Source: Candidatus Stahliibacteriota bacterium
Lineage (GTDB): Bacteria; Hydrothermota; Tepidihabitantia; SM23-42
Assembly: GCA_030613445.1 (NCBI GenBank)
Contig: JAUWLY010000001.1
Span: 1 to 36,940, forward strand
Direction of reading: 5' to 3'
DNA: 36,940 nt
Shown piece after piece: positions 7,621 through 14,131 of this stretch. The notes under the pieces were generated by a model that worked only from the letters and a program-made list of their open reading frames with translations, was not told the origin of the DNA and searched no databases. Made by a program: the position numbers and the translations under genes. Position 1 is the first letter of the stretch; each line of letters opens with the position of its first letter.

Positions 7621-7657
7621 GCTGAAAGTGCTGAAGAATTGAAGTGATCTAACCCCC
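7621..7657 (+). repeat. 37-bp direct repeat, copy 2 (pairs with 5538..5574)
   Basis: Identical 37-mer located 38 nt downstream (gene sense) of the stop of 7696..7992. Confidence 0.9.
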
Positions 7658-7695
7658 TTTATCGCATAAATTCGTTTATGTATAGAGGAAAGCCT

Positions 7696-7992
7696 CTACC
7701 GCTTTTTCCTTTTAGTCTTTGATAAATTAGTCACGGTAACATGCATCCTCTTCTTACGCACCTGCTGCATTGCTTTATTCATATCCTTTTGCGGAACCCT
7801 TAGGATTTTATTTTTATTCCTTTGAGTTTTCAAACGAGACAACGCTTGATCTATCTTCTTCGGAGTACCGCCTCTTTCAACTTCGATTGCATGATGACCG
7901 CGAATTGCATCAAGACGACGACCACGTGAAATAGGAACTTCTTTTCGAGCGGCTTTCCCCTTGCCACGTTTGTGTGATCTACTTTCTGGCAT
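7696..7992 (-). CDS. hyper-basic small protein (nucleic-acid-binding?), partner of the HNH gene
   Basis: 98 aa, very rich in K/R at both ends (HKRGKGKAARK...; ...KTKRKKR). The central RLDAIRGHHAIEVERGG is faintly nuclease-core-like, but no family is recognised. Lies 46 nt downstream of the HNH gene. Confidence 0.5.
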   Translation of the reverse strand: MPESRSHKRGKGKAARKEVPISRGRRLDAIRGHHAIEVERGGTPKKIDQALSRLKTQRNKNKILRVPQKDMNKAMQQVRKKRMHVTVTNLSKTKRKKR

Positions 7993-8038
7993 GATTACCT
8001 CCGATTTTCTTATATACTATTTGTTATTATGCTTTAAG

Positions 8039-8299
8039 TCATAATGTTCTGCTATGACAATCCCAGCAAAGAATTTCACAATTTGAAAGACTATCGGAGC
8101 CTCCACTTTGAATACTCACCCGATGGTGAGCTTCCCATGAACCCCAACCGCTATCACGACCACGATTCCCCCACGATAGGGTTTTATTACACCGCCCTAC
8201 ATGACCATGGGTTGTTCGCGCGCACTCAGATTTGCCGCCTGATCTTTGCCATGCAGCCTTCACAGTTTCTTCAGGAGAAAAGGTGGCAGGTCTTGACAT
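8039..8299 (-). CDS. HNH endonuclease (small, stand-alone)
   Basis: 86 aa with C..(H)GH..C...WEAHH...(14)...NCEILCWDCH, the classic HNH beta-beta-alpha-metal motif with Cys pairs. Confidence 0.8.
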   Translation of the reverse strand: MSRPATFSPEETVKAAWQRSGGKSECARTTHGHVGRCNKTLSWGNRGRDSGWGSWEAHHRVSIQSGGSDSLSNCEILCWDCHSRTL

Positions 8300-8300
8300 T
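8279..8300 (-). repeat. 22-bp perfect inverted repeat, right copy (pairs with 4353..4374)
   Basis: Plus strand AAAGGTGGCAGGTCTTGACATT is the reverse complement of 4353..4374. Overlaps the HNH start codon. Confidence 0.9.
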
Positions 8301-8361
8301 AGACATTTTCCTCGCGGATTATTATATTGATACCAGTGATTCTTGTTCCCTCAATAGTGAA

Positions 8362-9420
8362 CTATCGTTCATTAGATATGACCAATGATAATCGTCTACC
8401 ATCTGCATCAAAGCCGTAGATTTTGTATTTTCCTGTTTTAGAATCGTAAATATAGCATACTTGTCCTGGTTTTCCTTCAGTGCCATCAACTGCTGGTAAT
8501 ATATCGGGATCAACTGGGTTAATGAATGAAGATGGTAGCAAGTGTAAAAAATTGGAGACTGCTTGAGGATATACACCTTCATTATCTGTAGAGTATAGTT
8601 CTACCGAGAGTTGCATAGTGTGCATGTTAATTCTAACCGCCTCTTCCAATTCTTCATTTGATGGTTTGTACTCATATTGGTCAATAACATAATAAACAAC
8701 CTTAGGTGTAATGACTGAATATGAATTATTAATAGTGAGTGTAACTTCTTCATCCGCCGGAGTGTAACCGCCACCAATAAAAGCAGTTGTTGGGTTAATT
8801 TTCTGACTAGCAACTAAGGAACCACCCTCATCACGTAATGAAATTATGACATCTTCTTCTTTAACGGTCGCGAAACACACAACAAGAGTTTTCCCTGAAA
8901 TTGTATAGGTTATATCTTTAGTCTTACCTGCATCAATGACTATTGTTTTTGCAATTTCTTTTTTTATAGGAAGTGCCTTAAGTACTTTTTTCTCTTCTAT
9001 GATCGGACATGGTACATACGCTTGACCACCTTCCCATAGATGTCTGCGGTAACCAATTAGGTTACCTTCTTCATCAAGAGTAACTATACCAGGTAACATT
9101 TCTGAAACTTTCTTAAACTGATTACTTTTAAAACCGTATATTTCCGTCCAGCAAGCAGCACCTGGACAGATTACTATTGCAATTTCCTTGCCTTGCATGC
9201 TAGAGCAGTAGTCATTTATCTGAACAGTATAAAGACCTTCCTCGCCAGAGACAACTATATGTCTTGTACCCGTAGCACCATTCACCACAACCACACTTTG
9301 TTCACCTATCTTAATCTCATCATCAACGCCATCACCCGTTACGTCAGCCATTTTAGTCTCGCCTTTTAAGAAAGAAAACATGAATATTAGCACAAAGATG
9401 AATATTACATATTTTTTCAT
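8362..9420 (-). CDS. secreted protein, function unknown (FG-GAP/VCBS-like DVTGDGVDD motif)
   Basis: 352 aa. Signal peptide MKKYVIFIFVLIFMFSFL. RBS AGGAGGAAAA. One DxDGDGxDD calcium-binding-like motif near the N-terminus. Confidence 0.65.
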   Translation of the reverse strand: MKKYVIFIFVLIFMFSFLKGETKMADVTGDGVDDEIKIGEQSVVVVNGATGTRHIVVSGEEGLYTVQINDYCSSMQGKEIAIVICPGAACWTEIYGFKSNQFKKVSEMLPGIVTLDEEGNLIGYRRHLWEGGQAYVPCPIIEEKKVLKALPIKKEIAKTIVIDAGKTKDITYTISGKTLVVCFATVKEEDVIISLRDEGGSLVASQKINPTTAFIGGGYTPADEEVTLTINNSYSVITPKVVYYVIDQYEYKPSNEELEEAVRINMHTMQLSVELYSTDNEGVYPQAVSNFLHLLPSSFINPVDPDILPAVDGTEGKPGQVCYIYDSKTGKYKIYGFDADGRRLSLVISNER

Positions 9421-9466
9421 TTTTCCTCCTCTTTTTACAAAATTTAGTAATTCAATCTAACAAACA

Positions 9467-9488
9467 TAAAAATCTTTGCTGCGCAAAG
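9467..9488 (-). terminator. intrinsic terminator after the hicA-hicB-secB-like operon
   Basis: Minus strand: CTTTGC-GCA-GCAAAG hairpin followed by ATTTTTAT, about 45 nt after the stop at 9533. Confidence 0.55.
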
Positions 9489-9532
9489 GAAGTTGATCAA
9501 TTTTTTGTCGTGCTTTTTCCTCTGGTTTCATG

Positions 9533-9955
9533 TTACGTCGGTATCTGTATTGTATCCAGCACGATCGGTGGTAAATTCATGTTTAGGGTCATCTGGTGTA
9601 CGCATTGCCGGAAATAGGGCCATGTTTGAAGGCGTAAGCTACTTTTGGCAAATATGTTAAAATATGCTTTATTAATCGGCATTTTTAACGTATATTTCAG
9701 TAAGTAATGTATCTCCATTGCAAATCCAGGCTTATCTGCATCTTTTTTCTTTCCTTTGAGTGTATAGATCTGCTTTACTTCGATTTTTTTCTCATCTATT
9801 GATTCATAACTTGCTTCATCCTTTATTAACAAACCAGCTGGAGGTTCGAAGTTCTTATCCACTGTTGCTTTTAGCGATGTCATTTTTATTTCATCGAGCG
9901 TTAAACCTTTGATGAATTTTCTATATTCGGATTTGGTGACCTTTATCTCCTTCAT
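9533..9955 (-). CDS. SecB-like chaperone (third gene of a TAC module)
   Basis: 140 aa. The C-terminal FAMEIHYLLKY...LRLQTWPYFRQCVHQMTLNMNLPPIVLDTIQI parallels E. coli SecB FLCEVQQGGIF...[41 protein letters not shown], and the start is 9 nt after the hicB stop. Confidence 0.65.
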   Translation of the reverse strand: MKEIKVTKSEYRKFIKGLTLDEIKMTSLKATVDKNFEPPAGLLIKDEASYESIDEKKIEVKQIYTLKGKKKDADKPGFAMEIHYLLKYTLKMPINKAYFNIFAKSSLRLQTWPYFRQCVHQMTLNMNLPPIVLDTIQIPT

Positions 9956-9964
9956 TATTACCTC

Positions 9965-10516
9965 TTAGGATCTTACAACTCCTGGTTTTTTCCATGTCAT
10001 TTTAGGTATTTTGCTTTTTTCTGACAAGGTTTCATATACCGTATCAGGTTGGGCTATTTTCATTGCTTCTTGTTTTAACTCGTATTCTCCTTTGGTTCTG
10101 CTTTCAATTTCCCATAAAGCAGTTTTAATTTCAATTTTAATTTCCTTAAAAGTCACCCGCTCGGACAAAAGTGTTAGTGCCATCTGATTAAGGCTGACGC
10201 CTTCTTTCTTAGCCAAGCGAGCAATGCGACGGTGCAGCGAAATTGGAATCCTCACAAGGAACTTGCCACTATATTCCTTGGTTGTCTCAGGTTCAGAAAC
10301 AACCTGATTTTTTTTCAGCATCGATTCAAACCACATTTTTTTTGCTTGTTCAAGATTTTTCAATGCTTCTTCTTGCGTCTCTCCTTGAGACATGCAGCCA
10401 GTCAATTCATCAATCTCAGCGAAGAATCCACCTGCTTCTTCTGGCATTAGTTTTATGGTGTATGGAAGACTCAAATAATATTCAAGATCGTGCTTTTTAT
10501 TCTTAATTTTGCTCAT
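9965..10516 (-). CDS. hicB: HicB-family antitoxin with RHH domain and a ~50-aa C-terminal extension
   Basis: 183 aa. HicB N-domain (YTIKLMPEEAGGFFAEIDELTGCMSQGETQEEALKNLEQA). RHH segment (GKFLVRIPISLHRRIARLAKKEGVSLNQMALTLL). Extra tail ...TALWEIESRTKGEYELKQ...KMTWKKPGVVRS. Overlaps hicA by 14 nt, and GGAGG precedes the ATG. Confidence 0.8.
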   Translation of the reverse strand: MSKIKNKKHDLEYYLSLPYTIKLMPEEAGGFFAEIDELTGCMSQGETQEEALKNLEQAKKMWFESMLKKNQVVSEPETTKEYSGKFLVRIPISLHRRIARLAKKEGVSLNQMALTLLSERVTFKEIKIEIKTALWEIESRTKGEYELKQEAMKIAQPDTVYETLSEKSKIPKMTWKKPGVVRS

Positions 10517-10754
10517 ACCATTCCTCCAGGTTTAATATTTCTATGATTTTCCTTATATAACCACGTTTTGCTTTTTTATGTTTTTTCGGTATCGTAATAG
10601 ACGGGAAACCGGTTTTCCCATATACGAAATGACTTCCAGACGTAGATCTATCCAACTGCCACCCAAACCATCTAAGCACCTTTGCAACCTCGTCGAACCG
10701 CATTTCTGGTGGTAAACGAAGCATCTTTTTGACTAGTTTCTTTACGTTTGCCAT
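10503..10754 (-). CDS. hicA: HicA-family mRNA interferase toxin
   Basis: 83 aa. FDEVAKVLRWFGWQLDRSTSGSHFVY...TIPKKHKKAKRGYIRKIIEIL matches the YcfA/HicA pattern (GSH...H.K.L..G). Confidence 0.85.
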   Translation of the reverse strand: MANVKKLVKKMLRLPPEMRFDEVAKVLRWFGWQLDRSTSGSHFVYGKTGFPSITIPKKHKKAKRGYIRKIIEILNLEEWYEQN

Positions 10755-10763
10755 TCACCACTC

Positions 10764-10792
10764 ATTATACTATATATAGTATCACCTGTCAA
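10764..10792 (-). promoter_or_regulatory. promoter of the hicAB-secB-like operon (near-leaderless)
   Basis: Minus strand: TCTTGACA (-35 at 10792-10787), 17 nt, TATAAT (10769-10764). Only 9 nt separate the -10 from ATG 10754. Confidence 0.7.
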
Positions 10793-11138
10793 GATATTTT
10801 ATATAAAATCCATGAAAAATAGAGCCTTTTTCTGGTGAGATCCGTTTTCTAATACACTCTTTTCGTGTTATTCTGCTCTCACTCCCATTCACCGTCATAT
10901 TACTCACTCCCCCTTCTTACTCGCGAATTTCCGCCTATGCTATTATCCACAAATTACCGCATTAGTCAATAATCCCCACTAACCAAAACAAAAAAGGCAT
11001 AGCCCCTTAACCACCAAACACACGTAGATACAGCTAAGGCAACTACACCTTTGTGGATTTTTCCAAACCTGCTACTTAGTTAAAAAATCCGTCATACCCG
11101 TTCTGTCTCCAGAACGGTTCTCATACCTTCTCAATCAA

Positions 11139-11166
11139 ATTATATGTATTATTTATTAGATGTCAA
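11139..11166 (-). promoter_or_regulatory. orphan promoter plus leader module (no downstream ORF)
   Basis: Minus strand: CTCTTGACA, 16 nt, TATAAT, then TTGATT-GAGAAGGTATGAG. The same GAGAAGGTATGA leader start follows the two ORF6N promoters. Followed by an 8-bp hairpin CCGTTCTG-GAGA-CAGAACGG (11117-11098) and T6 (11087-11082). Confidence 0.55.
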
Positions 11167-11345
11167 GAGACTTAAGAGTAAAAGCGTCCCGGTGAAACAT
11201 TTGACTCACGGGATAAATAAACCGTACACCACCCGCTTCGCGGAAATGTGGCATGCATTCTGTTGAAGATACGCCTTCGGCTGGAAGACATGCTTCGCTG
11301 AAGAAAAGAACTAAATAGACCAGGCAAACTAAAGAGTTAAACCTA

Positions 11346-11374
11346 TTGATATTGGATGGTGTCTAATGTATAAT
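11346..11374 (+). promoter_or_regulatory. promoter of the TonB-dependent-receptor-like gene
   Basis: TTGATA (11346-11351), 17 nt, TATAAT (11369-11374). The -10 overlaps the first ATG of the long ORF (11366), which argues for the ATG at 11390 as the start. Confidence 0.6.
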
Positions 11375-11389
11375 AAACAACAAAATCCA

Positions 11390-13843
11390 ATGATAAAAAG
11401 ACCGATAATTACGAGCTTTATATTAATGCTTGGTTTTGCAGGCATTGTATATGCCCAACATCCAGGTGGGCCACCAGGAACAGGCTTTGCGGATTTTAAT
11501 GGCAAACTGAGCGGCAATGTATATGACGCTGATTATCAAGAACCGATTGAATATGCGAATATCGTGCTTTTCAGGCAAAAAGATAGCGCGCAGGTTACAG
11601 GCACAATAACTAATCCGCAGGGTTATTTTCAATTGACTGATATTAAGCCTGGTATGTATTATATGGAGATATCATTTATGGGTTATAAAACTCATACAAT
11701 CAAAGGCATTAAGATAACTCCGGCTAATCCGGAAGTTCACGCGGGAAATATTTCTTTAAAATCAACAGTTTTACCAGTAGAAGGTACTGTTGTTGAGGCA
11801 GAACGTCCTGTGATGTCTTATGAGATAGATAAAAAAGTAATAAATGTGAGTAGACAGACAACGTCTGTTTCTGGTACTGCGGTCGATGTCCTGGAAAATG
11901 TACCATCAGTAAATGTGGATATCGAAGGCAATGTAAGTCTGCGCGGCAGCGAAAATTTCACTGTGCTCATAAATAGTAGACCGACAATCCTGGACCCGAG
12001 TGATGCCCTGCAACAGATCCCTGCCAGCATGATAGATAACATCGAGATCATTACAAATCCTTCAGCCAAGTATGATCCTGAGGGTGTTTCTGGTATTATC
12101 AACGTTATCATGAAGAAAAAGACTCTGCAAGGAATAAGTGGTATTGCAAATATGAATGTCGGGCTGGATGAAAAATACGGAGGAGATTTTCTTGTTAGTT
12201 ATCGCACAGGAATAGCTAATTTGTTTCTTAGTGCTAGCTACCGCAAATATAGTTTCCCTGGTACGAGCACGATTGAAAACAGGACTACTAATAATGATAC
12301 TACTTCCTATGTATTATCAAGTGGACAAACTTCGCGTTGGTGGAAACCGTACGGTCTGCGCATGGGAGTGGACCTGCAACTCGGTATCAGAGACAAACTG
12401 AGCCTTGGAGGGCAATATCGTGCATGGGAAATGGAGCACATTAATGAACTCAATTACGATGAATGGTCAGAACCCGGTGATACTACTCATAATCTGTATC
12501 TGAGTCAAGATAACGGCGAATTCTCACACCAATATTATTCATTAACACTTGATCACGTACATCGCTTTGGAGAAAAGAACCACAACATAGCCTTGCGTGG
12601 CGTGTACAGTCATATCAAGAGAACTCGTCTCTCTTTTGATGAACTTCTTGATACTACAGACGTAATCACGAGTGGCCGTAGAAACGAAGAGCAGGGTCCA
12701 ACAATGTTTGCACAAATAAAACTTGATTACACCCTGCCTGTGCGAGAAAAAAGCAAATTCGAAGCAGGCTTTCAGGCCAGACCGAACCGCTCTGAAGAGG
12801 ACGCAAAAACATATGAATACGATACTACTACTGGAAACTATGAGTACGCGGAGCAGTTCAGCCATTCAACTAAGTATACTCGGGATATATACGCATTATA
12901 TACAATGTATTCAGGTACATGGCATAGATTTGGGTATCAAGGAGGACTGCGTAGTGAAATTACTCACCGTCTCATTGAAATGATTGGCGAGGATGAACAA
13001 TTCACTTTAGACCGATGGGATTATTTCCCGAGCTGCCATGTCTCGTATAAATTCCCAAAGGGCCAACAGCTTATGGCAAGCTATACGCGCCGGATTAGCC
13101 GTCCCAGACCGTGGTGGTTCGAACCATTCATAACCTGGTCAGATGCATATAATGTACGCAAAGGAAATCCCGAGCTTAACCCAGAATACATTGATTCATA
13201 CGAACTTGGTTTTCAGACATTCCTCGGCAAGAGTCTGATCTCACTCGAAACTTTTTACCGTAAAACCCATAATAGTATTGAACGCGTCCAGTCTTTGTAC
13301 AGCGATAATGTAATTCTGCATACGATTGAAAATGTCGGAACTGATAGGGTACTTGGTGTCGAAGGAATGTTTGACGTCAAATTAGCAGCATGGTGGAACA
13401 TCAATTGTACAGGGAATCTGTTTCAGCAATGGATAAAAGGTGAACTTTACGGACAGAGCTTTTCTGAAGAGAATTTTAACTGGAGCACAAGATTCAGTAA
13501 TGAATTTAGAGTGTTGCCGACAACCAAGCTCCAATTCAATGGAAGATTCCACAGCCCACGACTGTCAGTTCAGGGACAACGTGAAGCATATTTCACTATT
13601 GACGGAGCAATAAAACAGGGATTTTTTAATAAGAAACTGAGCGCAACTCTGCAAATAAGGGATATTTTTAGTACGAGCAAACGCGAATATACATCTGAAG
13701 GCGAGGACTTTTATTATTACAGGTATTCTGACCGCAAGTCGCCTGTCGTGATGCTTAGTATTAATTACAACTTTAATAATTACAAACAAGAACGCCGACG
13801 CGACGACACTGAGCAAGATTTCGAAGGCATGGAGGAGATGTAG
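11390..13843 (+). CDS. TonB-dependent-receptor-like outer-membrane beta-barrel protein with CarboxypepD_reg-like N-domain
   Basis: ORF 11366..13843. Signal peptide MIKRPIITSFILMLGFAGIVYAQ. N-domain LSGNVYD...ANIVLF...GYFQLTDIKPGMYYMEISFMGY. Plug-like AVDVLENVPSVNVDIEGNVSLRGS, followed by a long beta-rich region. Start 11390 is preferred over 11366 on the promoter argument. Confidence 0.8.
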   Translation: MIKRPIITSFILMLGFAGIVYAQHPGGPPGTGFADFNGKLSGNVYDADYQEPIEYANIVLFRQKDSAQVTGTITNPQGYFQLTDIKPGMYYMEISFMGYKTHTIKGIKITPANPEVHAGNISLKSTVLPVEGTVVEAERPVMSYEIDKKVINVSRQTTSVSGTAVDVLENVPSVNVDIEGNVSLRGSENFTVLINSRPTILDPSDALQQIPASMIDNIEIITNPSAKYDPEGVSGIINVIMKKKTLQGISGIANMNVGLDEKYGGDFLVSYRTGIANLFLSASYRKYSFPGTSTIENRTTNNDTTSYVLSSGQTSRWWKPYGLRMGVDLQLGIRDKLSLGGQYRAWEMEHINELNYDEWSEPGDTTHNLYLSQDNGEFSHQYYSLTLDHVHRFGEKNHNIALRGVYSHIKRTRLSFDELLDTTDVITSGRRNEEQGPTMFAQIKLDYTLPVREKSKFEAGFQARPNRSEEDAKTYEYDTTTGNYEYAEQFSHSTKYTRDIYALYTMYSGTWHRFGYQGGLRSEITHRLIEMIGEDEQFTLDRWDYFPSCHVSYKFPKGQQLMASYTRRISRPRPWWFEPFITWSDAYNVRKGNPELNPEYIDSYELGFQTFLGKSLISLETFYRKTHNSIERVQSLYSDNVILHTIENVGTDRVLGVEGMFDVKLAAWWNINCTGNLFQQWIKGELYGQSFSEENFNWSTRFSNEFRVLPTTKLQFNGRFHSPRLSVQGQREAYFTIDGAIKQGFFNKKLSATLQIRDIFSTSKREYTSEGEDFYYYRYSDRKSPVVMLSINYNFNNYKQERRRDDTEQDFEGMEEM

Positions 13844-13965
13844 CGTCCCGGCAGAAAAAAGATTCCACCCCGAATGCTATTGCTACGGGGCAGACAGGAT
13901 AAATAGGGCGAGAAGCGAAAAGAAATGACCGTAGACAGAAAAACAAAGAATGAAGCGTAGGGCAT

Positions 13966-13988
13966 CCCGCTGCTCAAAGAGCAGCGGG
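13966..13988 (+). terminator. 10-bp hairpin (H1 repeat module), possible terminator of 11390..13843
   Basis: CCCGCTGCTC-AAA-GAGCAGCGGG followed by ATAAATCTTCTT, a weak U-tract. Part of the recurrent GCGTAGGGCRTCCCG...CGGGATAAAT module. Confidence 0.4.
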
Positions 13989-14072
13989 ATAAATCTTCTT
14001 ACTCTATCTCCGATACACCGGTACGCCGTTACTCCGATACTGCCCTTTCAAGGTGAACACCTGGTACCCGTG
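13986..14072 (+). repeat. R-C repeat, short copy (pairs with 27939..28078 and 35029..35168)
   Basis: GGGATAAATCTTCTTACTCTATCTCCGATACACCGGTACGCCGTTACTCCGATACTGCCCTTTCAAGGTGAACACCTGGTACCCGTG is near-identical to the 3' 86 bp of the other two copies. Confidence 0.9.
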
Positions 14073-14086
14073 TCGAAATTACAATC

Positions 14087-14115
14087 TTGACATTCTATCC
14101 ATTACAACAATAATA
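14087..14115 (+). promoter_or_regulatory. promoter for 14132..15226
   Basis: TCTTGACA (-35 at 14087-14092), 17 nt, ATAATA (14110-14115), 16 nt before the ATG. Confidence 0.65.
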
Positions 14116-14131
14116 CGGTAGGGGAATATGG

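Noticed and set aside
8044-8388. Antisense or shadow ORFs inside longer genes (1211-1441, 1595-1783, 2077-2313, 3292-3504, 6177-6452, 8044-8388, 8322-8582, 12542-12865, 16045-16332, 19744-20019, 22211-22438, 25656-26006, 30622-30870, 32845-33132, 33963-34265, 35893-36258 and others).
   Set aside because: Each is fully embedded in a longer ORF with recognisable domains on the other strand or frame. They have low-complexity or odd composition and no promoter or RBS.
1-10800. Integron-like cassette array (co-oriented small unrelated genes separated by a recurring 3' motif).
   Set aside because: No intI integrase and no attI. The GGGGTCAAAC word only loosely resembles an RYYYAAC core and has no paired GTTRRRY partner or imperfect-palindrome attC structure. 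Most genes also carry their own promoters, unlike promoterless cassettes.
11167-11345. Riboswitch (for example cobalamin) upstream of the TonB-dependent-receptor-like gene.
   Set aside because: I found no B12 box or other riboswitch core motif. The hairpins there are the same generic H1-type modules seen in other intergenic regions. The best promoter for the gene (11346-11374) lies downstream of this region.
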